Below are positions 39,194 to 49,700 of a stretch of DNA of 64,000 bases, piece by piece. The translations under genes and the position numbers were made by a program. Each line of letters opens with the position of its first letter. Within the stretch, counting starts at the first letter, position 1. The notes under the pieces are model-generated. The model made no database searches. It was not told the DNA's origin and saw only the letters and a program-made list of their open reading frames with translations. The stretch is from a virus: IMG/VR virus record IMGVR_UViG_3300001567_000262, positions 1 through 64,000 of that record; one strand, 5' to 3'.

Positions 39194-39715
39194 ATGAGTT
39201 CTTGCACTGACAACTTGAAAGATTTCCTCGGCGACGAGTTGAAATCCAAACTCGGCGATGTCCTCAAAGACGCGACCGACAGTTCGCCTCTGGGACTCGC
39301 CCAAAAAGCCCTCGGGCAGGCGCAGAAACTTCAGGACACAAAATCCGTCGTGTCTCAGGGAATACAGTCTTTCAAGCAACGGGTAGGATTACCCGCTGGC
39401 CGTATGGACGGACTCGGCGGTCTCAATCTCGGCGAAATAAAACAGAAAGCCGATGCTCTTAAAGCCAAGGCGCAGGAAGTGCAAAATAAAATCGCGGACT
39501 TTCAATCGCAGTTTCCCGGATGCGCACTCGATCTCGACATCATGCAGACGATCAACACGGTCGCATCCATCGACACAAATCTTGATCCCATGAGCATGAT
39601 CGACACGTCAAAACTCGACGGGGAAATAGCCGATGCGCAGTCGAAGATCGAGGAAGCCACGGACATGCAGGCCCAGTCGGCGCGGCTTCAGGATATGTTC
39701 GGAGTGTCATTATGA
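39194..39715 (+). CDS. Hypothetical helical protein in the baseplate module
   Basis: Tightly coupled between spike and gp25 genes. Confidence 0.55.
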   Translation: MSSCTDNLKDFLGDELKSKLGDVLKDATDSSPLGLAQKALGQAQKLQDTKSVVSQGIQSFKQRVGLPAGRMDGLGGLNLGEIKQKADALKAKAQEVQNKIADFQSQFPGCALDLDIMQTINTVASIDTNLDPMSMIDTSKLDGEIADAQSKIEEATDMQAQSARLQDMFGVSL

Positions 39716-40101
39716 ATCTGGGATATCGAGGCATTTCATTTCCGTTTCGTTTCAACGGCCTTGGGTCGGTAGCTTCAAGCACTGTTGAGACGGGCAACCC
39801 GGCGCACATCCTTGAGAGTATCCGCCAGATCATCGGCACGCGCCGGGGCGACCGCGTCATGCGACCGGAGTTCGGAGCCGACGCGGACAATCTGGTTTTT
39901 TCGCCGCAGTCCAATTCAGGTATCCGTATCGCAACGCACAATATCGGCCAGCAGATACTCCGGTGGGAAAAGCGCGTCGATCTTCAGAAGGTTGAAATCA
40001 CCCGTATCGAAGACCTCGAAGCCGAGATAAATCTCGATGTCAAAATCAAAGTCACACGCGAGACAGAAGAAATGAAAATACCGATGAAGAAGGAAGACTG
40101 A
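39712..40101 (+). CDS. gp25/GPW baseplate wedge protein
   Basis: GISFPFRF, ESIRQIIGTRRGDRVMRPEFG, WEKRV. Confidence 0.9.
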   Translation: MNLGYRGISFPFRFNGLGSVASSTVETGNPAHILESIRQIIGTRRGDRVMRPEFGADADNLVFSPQSNSGIRIATHNIGQQILRWEKRVDLQKVEITRIEDLEAEINLDVKIKVTRETEEMKIPMKKED

Positions 40102-40103
40102 TC

Positions 40104-41591
40104 ATGCCGGAACTCGATGTCAGCCGTCTCGTAAATTTCTCGAAGCAGATAGACTACACCAGCCTGGACTGGCTTTCATTCCTATCCGACATGGTGGATA
40201 AGATTCCACAGCTCACGCCGGAATGGACGGATTACACCCCGTCTGATCAGGGCATGGTGGTTCTCGAACTGGTGTCTTTCATCCTCGACGCTCTTTCCTA
40301 CCGGTGTGACGTGATCGCAAACGAGGCGTACATTCAGACCGCCGTTCTGCGGAAGTCCGTTCTGAACCTTGCCAAGATGATCGATTACACCCCGGCGCCC
40401 GCTGTTTCGGCTGTCACTGATTTAATGTTTACGATAACGCCACAGACGATTGATTTTGTGATCCCCGCGGGAATGCAGGTTTCCACCCAGCCGACCGGCG
40501 TTGAGGAAAGTTATGCGTTCGAGACGTTTGACGACCTCACGATTCCTCCCGGACAGACAACCGGAACTGTCGCCGCGATTGAGGGAGAAACAAAACGTGA
40601 AATCCTCGGCAGCAGCACGGGGCTCCCGGCGCAGTTCTTTGAACTGAGTTTTAAGCCGCTCTCCTACGCGCCGGACGGCACATGCTCGCTTGAGGTCTAT
40701 GTCACGGAGAACGGTATCGAAGAACGATGGCCTCTGGTGCAGTCGCTTCTCGACAGCAAGCCGTCTGAAAAACACTATGAAATCGAGACGGACGAGAACG
40801 ATGTTGTTACGGTGAACTTCGGCGACAACCAGAACGGAAAAATCCCCGCTCCGGGTACGAACAACGTCCGTGCCGTTTATCGTGTCGGCGGCGGCGCGCA
40901 TGGGAATGTCGGCGCGAACAAGATAAACCGGATGGTGTCGAACATCTCCGAAGTGTCGTCCGTAACGAATCCGCTTCCTGCGGTTGGCGGTGTGGACAGA
41001 GAGACAGTTGAAGGAATCAAGCGAATGGCACCGAGAATGCTCCGCACGCTCTGGCGCGCGGTGACCGCCGAGGATTACAAAACGCTGGCGGAAGTCCTGC
41101 CTGGAGTTGCGAAAGCCACGGTTCTGTGCGCACCGCCCGGACAGGCGGCATATTGGGGACAGGTGAATCTTTACATCGCGCCTGAAGGCGGCGGACTTCC
41201 GACGGCGGAACTCAAACACATGGTCGAGGAATACTTCGCCGATAGGGAGATGCTGACGGCGACGACGGTTGTGTTCGATCCGGTCTATGTGCCGGTGAAC
41301 GTCTCTCTTGAAGTCGCGGTGAAAGAGAACTACATGCGGCTCGATATTGAGAACCTCGTGCGGGAAGCCGTGCGGAACTTCTTTAATTTCCCCAACGTGG
41401 ACTTCGGGCAATGTGTGTTTATGAGTGATCTCGTTTCATCCGTGGACGCCATCGAGGGTGTGCGGTATGTGAATCTTACGCTTCTTACCCGCGATGCCGC
41501 CGGAGTTAGCAATGTCATAATTGCGGCGAATGAAGTGCCGCAACTCGGAGTGCTGGCAATTGATTCTTTTGGAGGCATTGAAGAGTTGTAA
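40104..41591 (+). CDS. Baseplate J-like protein
   Basis: IPEWTD-like PQLTPEWTD, DQGMVVLEL, FGD..NGKIP, YRVGGG, RAVTAEDY. Confidence 0.9.
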   Translation: MPELDVSRLVNFSKQIDYTSLDWLSFLSDMVDKIPQLTPEWTDYTPSDQGMVVLELVSFILDALSYRCDVIANEAYIQTAVLRKSVLNLAKMIDYTPAPAVSAVTDLMFTITPQTIDFVIPAGMQVSTQPTGVEESYAFETFDDLTIPPGQTTGTVAAIEGETKREILGSSTGLPAQFFELSFKPLSYAPDGTCSLEVYVTENGIEERWPLVQSLLDSKPSEKHYEIETDENDVVTVNFGDNQNGKIPAPGTNNVRAVYRVGGGAHGNVGANKINRMVSNISEVSSVTNPLPAVGGVDRETVEGIKRMAPRMLRTLWRAVTAEDYKTLAEVLPGVAKATVLCAPPGQAAYWGQVNLYIAPEGGGLPTAELKHMVEEYFADREMLTATTVVFDPVYVPVNVSLEVAVKENYMRLDIENLVREAVRNFFNFPNVDFGQCVFMSDLVSSVDAIEGVRYVNLTLLTRDAAGVSNVIIAANEVPQLGVLAIDSFGGIEEL

Positions 41592-41603
41592 GCAGATAAT
41601 AAA

Positions 41604-41716
41604 AGTCCGGCAGTATTGACGCTTCGAGCCCGGTAACCAGCCCGGTAGCATCGAATCCAAGCCCGGTGATTGAACGGAACATACACGGTTCCGTTGAATT
41701 GCCGGGCTTTTTATTT
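41604..41716 (+). promoter_or_regulatory. Repeat-rich attenuator/terminator element, copy 2
   Basis: AGTCCGGCAGTATTGA, AGCCCGGT three times, stem AAGCCCGGTGATT/AATTGCCGGGCTT with inner AACGGAAC/GTTCCGTT stem, then a T-run. Confidence 0.7.
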
Positions 41717-41742
41717 GCCCACAAACATCGGAGGTGAAAGCA

Positions 41743-41898
41743 ATGGACGACATCGGATGGGGACTTGCCCCGTGGGGGCTCGATCCCTGGGGTTCCAACG
41801 AAGATGAATCCGGCGGCGGGACGGACGAGGTCGGCTTCGAGCCGATGGACGGCGTGGTTCTAAGCCCCGGCGTATTCGTGTTCGAACAAACAAACTGA
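41743..41898 (+). CDS. 51-aa protein with GWGxxPWGxxPWG motif (absent from the ORF track)
   Basis: GGAGGTG RBS; MDDIGWGLAPWGLDPWGSNEDESGGG... Confidence 0.5.
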   Translation: MDDIGWGLAPWGLDPWGSNEDESGGGTDEVGFEPMDGVVLSPGVFVFEQTN

Positions 41899-41922
41899 GC
41901 AAAAAAAAGGAGGCATACATTC

Positions 41923-44643
41923 ATGGCATTCACATTCACAGATCTTCTGCATCTGGCAATGCCCGCAAGGGGCGACAAGAACTGGGACGCGGACGTGAAC
42001 CGCGCTCTGCGCACCATCGACAAGGCGCTCGAAGACCTCGGCGCGAGGCCGCGATTTTACGACAAGCGCACCGTGGCTTCCGGCACGGCAACTGTGAACG
42101 GCAGGCAGGTCACGCTTTCCGGCATCGAGGTTGTTGTCGGCCAGACAAACACCATTCTTGAAGGTGGAACGGTAACTGTTCCCGCAAACGCGACGATCAG
42201 GCCGCGCGTTGACACTCTTTCAGTCAATCCCGAACAGCCCGCCATTCTCATTCTCACGCAGGGCGATCCCGCGGGCGACGTTGAAGGCCCGCTCCGCGTC
42301 ACGAAGATGTACGACCGGAACACATCGGGGCTGGATGAACTGCTCAACCCGACCGGAAAGACTGGGACGCTTTTCGTCATCCCGACGATTCTTTCGCATT
42401 ACGACCCCGCCGTAGAAACTCTCATCGCACCTGCTTACGAACTGCCGCTTGAAATGTTCATGCAGGGACCGCCGGACAGCGTGATTCCGAAAATCCTGCA
42501 TTTCGACCCGGAGACCGGGTCGTTCGTAGACACCGGTGTCGATCTTCACTTCACGTCCACATTCCGTTCGAACGTCGGCGAACTCATCGCCGTGATTCCG
42601 CTCGGATGCGTTGCTCCGAATGCTGCGGGAACAGGTGACAGCTACTTCTTCGCGTGCATTGTTTCGAACGACAGTATTCCCGGCAACGTCATCATCGCGG
42701 AGTTCGACGCTGAGTCCGGGGCTGTCGTGGACGCTTTCTGGTTCTCGAACGAGGACAACAATGTATTTTTCTCCATCCCCGGCTTCTGGAAATTCACGGG
42801 AGTGGAATCCGGCGCTCGGACGTTCCTCGCGTCGATCCTGCCCCTCACGATGCAGCTCAAATTCGCAAAGCCGCTCATGGCGAGCGTCCGTATTCCCAAC
42901 CCGCCTTCTGCAGTAAAGATGTTCGGACAGCCGCTCACGTTCGGAACGACGACCATTCACGCGATGGAGGTTGTGACGGATTCGGTCCGTTCGCTCTGCC
43001 CCATGGGTGACCTCGTCGCGCTGCCGGGCAGCGGCATGGACGGCTCCGGCGTTCTCATTTGCGGCGCGAGCAGCTCGGAGGAAGGCGCGGTCGGCTCCAT
43101 CTTCAATCAGAACAACAACGACAACGTGACGCGTCCGTACAACTCGATTCAGGGCGAAATGAGCTGGAACGATGACGGCAACGGGTTTGACCCGCTACCG
43201 CTCATTCTTGAACTCGCGGGAAATGCGGCCGCATGGGATTTGAACACGGCACCTGTTTCTCCGGCATTCACATCCGCGGTCAATGTCATGAACGGCGATC
43301 AGATCGCGATGGCCAGCCGTATCAGCAACAATCGCACCGAATGGCGCAATCCGACCAACACGCAGATTGAGGTCGTTCTCAACGATGGACACACTACTCC
43401 GCCTGTCGGCAAAGAGATATTCCTCACAATCGAGGGAGAACAGAACAACGAGAAGTACGACACGATGTGGTCGGTCGCTGTGCAGGCACTCCCCGGCGAC
43501 GGAAAGATAGGCGTCGTCCTCAACAACGCACACATCTTCCGGGGCGGCTCGATCAGCGATTACTACCGCCTGAGCGGGTTTCAGTATAACGGCAACATGA
43601 AAATCCGCGCCGGTTACCGGATCATGAACGGCAACAACTACACCGAGCGCGTCCTGCATCTTGACGGTGTGGCCGATGCGGATATCGGCAAGCCTGTGAA
43701 GATTACTTACGACCACGACGGTCTCGAACTCTCCTGCATCTCATTCATCTGCGGCGACGGTGAAATCCGCGAGTGTTATGCGGGCTCGGACAATCTCCGT
43801 GATCACAATAACAACGAGTTCCCGGACTGGCTTGGAACCGTTTACCGCGAAACCTGCAAAGGCGACATCCACATTGGTTGGAACGTCCTCAATTCCAACA
43901 ACTCGAAGTCCATGCCGCTCGCTCAGGAATTCACGCCGGTAATCAAATCCCGTTCCGAGAACTATGTCGCGTTCCAGAAGAACAACATCACAGGCGCGCC
44001 AAGCTCTTCAAACACAGTGACTTATGACAAGAACGGTGTCACGGCGAGCTGGCATGATACGAACAGCGGAAACGACGTCTTTATCTGCGATGACACAACG
44101 CTCGTATCCAGCAGCGGGCTTCCGGTCCAGGGCGGCGGCGGGACGGATTATACACAGCTCGCCCCGGACGGATTCAAGTGTTCCGTTGGGACGGACATTC
44201 CGCTTCTCACATCCGACGTCATCGATCCAGATTACGTCACGGTCGAGTTGCTTCCCTATCAGGAACCAATCTTCACCGGGAAAAGATACAACTTCCCGTC
44301 CGCGATTGCGGTCGCGCTCGGTTCGGCATATCTCAAGGGCAAGTTCTATGCTCCCGGTATCGCGCTCTCCGGCATTCCCTATTCGGCCATCTTCGAGTTC
44401 TCGTCTTATGACGAGCCTGTGGCACAGGACGAGCCGACCGGCCACATCAAGGTCGGCGAGGTTCTCGTGCAGCCGGACGCGGACGGAGCGCCGCTCACAA
44501 TCCTTACGCAGCCGGACTATTCGAGTGCGACAGTTTCCCGCGCCGATCAGTTCCGCTCGATGCTTGCGGCGTTCAGCGTCATGAACGATCTACACAATCT
44601 CCTGCCCGCGTTTCTCACCATAGCGCCGTTTCTTAAAAAGTAA
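41923..44643 (+). CDS. Tail fibre / receptor-binding-like protein
   Basis: N-terminal LHLAMP.RG..NW...VN.ALR.ID fibre-attachment-like segment, then a beta-rich body. Confidence 0.55.
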   Translation: MAFTFTDLLHLAMPARGDKNWDADVNRALRTIDKALEDLGARPRFYDKRTVASGTATVNGRQVTLSGIEVVVGQTNTILEGGTVTVPANATIRPRVDTLSVNPEQPAILILTQGDPAGDVEGPLRVTKMYDRNTSGLDELLNPTGKTGTLFVIPTILSHYDPAVETLIAPAYELPLEMFMQGPPDSVIPKILHFDPETGSFVDTGVDLHFTSTFRSNVGELIAVIPLGCVAPNAAGTGDSYFFACIVSNDSIPGNVIIAEFDAESGAVVDAFWFSNEDNNVFFSIPGFWKFTGVESGARTFLASILPLTMQLKFAKPLMASVRIPNPPSAVKMFGQPLTFGTTTIHAMEVVTDSVRSLCPMGDLVALPGSGMDGSGVLICGASSSEEGAVGSIFNQNNNDNVTRPYNSIQGEMSWNDDGNGFDPLPLILELAGNAAAWDLNTAPVSPAFTSAVNVMNGDQIAMASRISNNRTEWRNPTNTQIEVVLNDGHTTPPVGKEIFLTIEGEQNNEKYDTMWSVAVQALPGDGKIGVVLNNAHIFRGGSISDYYRLSGFQYNGNMKIRAGYRIMNGNNYTERVLHLDGVADADIGKPVKITYDHDGLELSCISFICGDGEIRECYAGSDNLRDHNNNEFPDWLGTVYRETCKGDIHIGWNVLNSNNSKSMPLAQEFTPVIKSRSENYVAFQKNNITGAPSSSNTVTYDKNGVTASWHDTNSGNDVFICDDTTLVSSSGLPVQGGGGTDYTQLAPDGFKCSVGTDIPLLTSDVIDPDYVTVELLPYQEPIFTGKRYNFPSAIAVALGSAYLKGKFYAPGIALSGIPYSAIFEFSSYDEPVAQDEPTGHIKVGEVLVQPDADGAPLTILTQPDYSSATVSRADQFRSMLAAFSVMNDLHNLLPAFLTIAPFLKK

Positions 44644-44652
44644 GGAGCATCC

Positions 44653-45708
44653 ATGCTGACGTCGCATGATCGTGATAACTCGATAATCGTGTCCTGGACA
44701 AATCCTCCGGGCGCGGCTCGGACTATTCTCGTCAGGAAAACGAGGGATTATCCCCGGAACATCCATGACGGAAACGTCGTGTCCGACGCCGCCCCGGCGG
44801 TGGAGTCCTTTGTCGACCCGTCTCCCGCGCACGGTTTCTACAACTACTACCGCGCGTTCTTTCAAGACGCAGTCGGCGCATGGATTGATGTGCCCGTGGA
44901 AGTTGACCGCTCGCGCATCCGATGCGAGATGTCATTCGATTATCACGGCAAGCTGTACGGCAATCTCCCGGAACTCTACGAACGAAATGACGAGAACGAC
45001 GAGTTACGCCGGTTCCTCGGAATCATCGCATGGGAGCTGGAGAAGTTCAGGTCAACGCAATCCGGCCTTAACGACACATCCAATGTGAACGAAGCGCGGG
45101 ACGATCTGCTCGAGCATCTCGCGTGGAATGTCGGCTGGCTTCTGAACCGCGAACTGCCCGTGCTGCGCCAGCGCGCCGAAATCAAACGTGCCGTTGCCAT
45201 CTACCGAAAGAAAGGCACGCGCCGGGGACTCATCGATCTCATTCAGGGGATCATGAACTGGGACATGGAGGTCATCAAATACAACCGCAACATTCTCATG
45301 ACCGGCCATCCCGACAGCACAACGCTCAAGGTGAGTGATCCGAACGTCACGATGAACATGGATACGTCCGCAGACACGGCGGACTATATCCTCGGCGGCG
45401 ACAAATCCCCGGACAGAATCCGCATCAAGATCAAAGCAACTTACGACTTCCACATGTTCGAGAAGGTGCGAAACAAGCTGTTCCGCATCCTTCGTTTCTG
45501 GGTGCCCGCGTGTATGTCCGTGATTCTTGAACTCGCCACCTACAACGAGGAGTCGAGCTGCATCGGCGACTGGCGACCGGTTCAGGCGGACCTTCTGTCA
45601 AACAACTGGCTTCTCACGAACGCATTCACATCAAGCGAATGGCAAATCCTATCTGAAAGGACAACCAACAACCTCTTATGGAGAACTCCGTTACTCACAT
45701 CCCTATGA
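44653..45708 (+). CDS. Baseplate wedge protein (P2 gpI-like tail domain)
   Basis: LP.LY..ND...LRRFL, LLEHLAWNVGW, IYRKKGTRRGL. Confidence 0.8.
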   Translation: MLTSHDRDNSIIVSWTNPPGAARTILVRKTRDYPRNIHDGNVVSDAAPAVESFVDPSPAHGFYNYYRAFFQDAVGAWIDVPVEVDRSRIRCEMSFDYHGKLYGNLPELYERNDENDELRRFLGIIAWELEKFRSTQSGLNDTSNVNEARDDLLEHLAWNVGWLLNRELPVLRQRAEIKRAVAIYRKKGTRRGLIDLIQGIMNWDMEVIKYNRNILMTGHPDSTTLKVSDPNVTMNMDTSADTADYILGGDKSPDRIRIKIKATYDFHMFEKVRNKLFRILRFWVPACMSVILELATYNEESSCIGDWRPVQADLLSNNWLLTNAFTSSEWQILSERTTNNLLWRTPLLTSL

Positions 45709-46202
45709 AAACGGCATTCACGATTGAAGGCCGTTTCATGGACATCGCGCACTATCTCGATGGCCGCTCCGAAATTATCCGCGAGGGACACAACATAGTG
45801 ACCGACTCCGGTCTCGGCCTCGTTGTAGGTGCGCTCGGTAATCTGATGAACGGCATCGCACAATGGCAAGTCGGAAGCGGCGATCCCGCATGGGACACGG
45901 CCCCCGAGGAAGCGACGGCAGACAGGACTTGCCTCGTTGCCCCCGTTTTTATGAAGCCGGTCACGGTTTCGTACTGGGATGCCGTGAACAATCGTTTCTC
46001 GCCGACGCCGACCGACACGATTGATGTTCGCGTCGTCTTCATGGCCGAAGAGGCAAACGCGCTGCTCCGCGAGTTCGGGCTTGTCGGGCCCGACCCGGAT
46101 CATGTTCTTTTCAACTACGTCATCCACGAGCGCATATCAAAGTCCAACAACTTCAATCTCGAACGCATCATGCGGATCACGGTGCGGCGCGAACAGAACT
46201 GA
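45705..46202 (+). CDS. Baseplate/tail-collar structural protein
   Basis: HNIVTDSGL, VGSGDP, LREFGL motifs; ATGA coupling. Confidence 0.6.
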   Translation: MKTAFTIEGRFMDIAHYLDGRSEIIREGHNIVTDSGLGLVVGALGNLMNGIAQWQVGSGDPAWDTAPEEATADRTCLVAPVFMKPVTVSYWDAVNNRFSPTPTDTIDVRVVFMAEEANALLREFGLVGPDPDHVLFNYVIHERISKSNNFNLERIMRITVRREQN

Positions 46203-46220
46203 CGAAAGGAAGAACAACTC

Positions 46221-46748
46221 ATGGCAAATAGAAAAATCCGTAATCTCATCGTCCACCATTCCGTGAGCGCCTGGGGTGACGGCGCTGTCGTCACCCAGTG
46301 GCACACCAATCCCAAGCCGAAAGGAAACGGCTGGAGCGCTCCCGGCTATCACGTTGTCATCTGCAACGGCTATCCCAATTACAACGCTTGGAGCAAGAGA
46401 AAACCCGTCGCGCCCGCGGACGGTCGCGTCGACCGCATCTGGCCGGAAGACAAATTCTCAAACGGCTGCAAATACGCGAATGCTGATGCCCTCCATGTGT
46501 GTCTCATCGGCGATTTCGATAAGGACGCGCCGACTGAGCGTCAGATGGAAAAGCTCACGGACCTTCTCGCGTTCTGGTGCCGGAAGTACGGACTCGATCC
46601 TCGCACGTCTATTTTCGGACACGGCGAGATGCAACGGAAGATCGGCAAGGAAGGCTATAGCAAAACGTGTCCCGGTAAAAACGTAAGCATGAACGCCGTG
46701 CGGAAAGCTGTCGCAGAGAAGATGTCTCTCGCGGAGGTGAAGAAATGA
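46221..46748 (+). CDS. N-acetylmuramoyl-L-alanine amidase (Amidase_2, endolysin)
   Basis: IVHHS, GYHVVI, CLIGDF, GH and KTCPG zinc-amidase motifs. Confidence 0.9.
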   Translation: MANRKIRNLIVHHSVSAWGDGAVVTQWHTNPKPKGNGWSAPGYHVVICNGYPNYNAWSKRKPVAPADGRVDRIWPEDKFSNGCKYANADALHVCLIGDFDKDAPTERQMEKLTDLLAFWCRKYGLDPRTSIFGHGEMQRKIGKEGYSKTCPGKNVSMNAVRKAVAEKMSLAEVKK

Positions 46749-49700
46749 CCGTATCCCGTAATCAGTTTGATGAAACGAAAAACTGGACGGAGCCGGAATG
46801 GCAGGAAGGCGTCCCCGTCATGGACGCTGATCTGAACCTCGCAATGAAGATCGGCAAGACCGGACTGCGGCGGGCGGTGTGTGATTTCCTCGGAAACGGC
46901 TCGCCGAACGATGGGTTCAAGTTATCCGGCCTCGCAACCGACCCCTTAATCCATGCCGGGGACATCTGGATCGCCGGTCTGAAACTCGAACTGTCTGAAG
47001 ACGTCCATGCCTCCGAGCAGCCGAATGCGCCGGTGGCGTTCCCAAATGGAAACGGTATCTGGTTCATTGACACCGTCGAGCAACTCCTGACGAATGCGGA
47101 AGACCCGGCGATAAGAGACTACCGGCTCCCCGCAAACGTGGAAACACCGGTAAAGGTGTGGAAGACCGACTGGACGCTCCGAAAAGTCCTCGGCGCATCG
47201 CTTCCGATGCCCGAACCCGATCATTACTACCTTGGCATCGCAATCGAGGCTGGCGGCGTTCTCACGGACATACGAAATACCGGAATGATTCTCGCTGGGG
47301 CGGACACTGGGTATCAGAACCGCGTCGGTGGTCGTCCCGGAAGCGGACACCGGCACCAGGATGAGGATATCGACGTCCAGAATCCCAACTACACCGGTGA
47401 CACGCTCGAGGAAGTCCTGAATGAAATTGATTCACGTATCGACGTTGTTCAGGGCGGCATCGGTGTCGTCACGCCCCATGCGGCCACACATGGCGCTGGC
47501 GGTTCGGATCAGGTCAATATCGCAAACCTGTCCGGGCAATGCACACAGGCGCAGTTGTCTCCGGCGCATTCCGGTCTACACACAGTCTCTTTCAATGGCG
47601 GACTGCCGGTTTCTCCCGATGTGAACGGGAACGCATCTATCGGCGCGCATCTCGCGGACACGGCCATTCACAGAAAGAATCACAACGATCTTCTTTCCAT
47701 GCAGGGCGGCACGCCGACAGAGCGTTATCACCTCGCCTTGGACCTCTACAACGCCGCGTCAGGAGCCGCCGGCGCGAATGCCGCCAACCCGTTTGCAACA
47801 GTCGGCGATATCTCAGGTGTCGCGTCCAAGTTCGCGTCGCCGGTTCAGACCGCGCAGAATCTCCGCGACGTCGCGGCAGCGAACCGTTCCGACAAACAGG
47901 TGCGGCTTGTAGAGGACAAAGGCTCGCTTTATCGCTTCGATGATACGGGCACCGGCACCGACGACGGCGACGGCATAATCGCTCCGACATCCGGCACGGG
48001 ACGCTGGTTCAAGATGTCGTCCGCCGTTCCCGATCTTTCGACGGTTCTTACCAAAGGAAACAGCGCGGGCAACCGCAAAATCGTCAACCTTCTCAACCCG
48101 GACAATCCGCAGGACGCCGCGACCATGGGCTGGGTCAAAAACCTCGTGGGCGCTGGCGGCACAAACGCCTCGTGGGTTGTCATGGACACTTCCGGTGCGC
48201 CGGGCACGTATTCAGATCTGCAGCAGGCAATCAACGCGCTCGGAAATGACGGTGGGGTCGTCTGGATAAAGCCCGGCACCTACACTCTCAGTTCTCACGT
48301 CACGATGAAACACAATACCATCCTTCACGGCCTCGGCTCGATGGAGGAAGGATTGCCGGACGTCATGCCGACGCTGGTTCCGGCAGCGGGATTCACAGAC
48401 TATTGCATGATTCAGGCGTCCCCCGGAAACAAGTTCCTGAATCTCTGGATCAAGGTGCAAAAAAACAGCATCGGCATCAGCCCGTACAGATATTACGGTT
48501 CCCGTCTCGACGTGGATGGTTGTTTTATCGAAGCCGCGACCACGGACTTCGGGAGCGATTTCTATGCGTCCACAATCGGGATCGGCGGCGATTGGGGTGT
48601 TTACGGGCAAGAAATCATGAATGGAAAAATCCGTAACTGCGTATTTCGGCGGCTGCGGCACGGCATCTACTGCGAGCTGAACAATAACACGGTCATCGAA
48701 TACAACCGTTTTCAGGGCAGCGGCGGATTCCGGTATGAACTCGATGATGTCATATACTCGGCTGTCAATCAGGGGAGCAACCAGTTCCGCGCAACCTCCG
48801 CAGTCGTAAATGCCGGGCTGATTGCAGTTGGCATGACGGTCGGATTCAGCGACGGCACAAACAGCGACAGCAAAATGATTCAGGACATGGTGTACGACAG
48901 CACGTATGGATTCTATATCTGCACCGTGAACGGAGGATTCCAACACGGCTATGACGGATCGCCCGGCCAGAGTTTCTACAGCCAGCCCCCCTCATCCGGG
49001 ATCACGGCAGGTGACAACACCTACGAGACGTTCATCTGTTTCAACTACTTTGACGGCGGCGGAAATGGATATCTCGATATCAATGCCGCGAGAGACCCCG
49101 GCACGAACATAGGTCTTCTCAACGCATACATCATCGGCAACACGTCCGCCACGCTTTTTACGGGCGTTGATAAACCGACCGTGAAGTTGCAGACCAGCCC
49201 GTACTCCTTCTCCGGCGGTGACATCCTGTTTCTTGGCAACACTTTCGCCGGACAGATTTTCGTTGACGGATCGAACACTGTCGCCTTCATCTGTTGCAAC
49301 AACAATATCGGCTCGATTGACGCGACGGCTTATGAAGGCCGGGTCATCTTCAATAACAACCTGTGTCACGGCAACGTGAAGCTGAAAAACGCGGCCACGG
49401 CCAATGGCAACTACGTCGCGGGAAATCTTCAGGTCATCAGCGGCACCACGGAAAAGACGCTGGCGGTCGGTAATTTTGTAGGTTACGGAATGACTCTTGC
49501 CGGTGACTACAGTGTCGCGGCGAACAATGTCATCGAGGACGGTGGGCTCAGTGTCGGAGGCAAAGGCTCACGCGCGTCAGGGAATTCGGTGCGAGGGACG
49601 CTCACGCTCGGCTTCTGGGGATCTGCTACAGGCAATGTCATCCGCACACAAAAGTCGGTCGCCATCAGCGCCATCGTGCCCCGTGCGCAGATCGCTGGAA

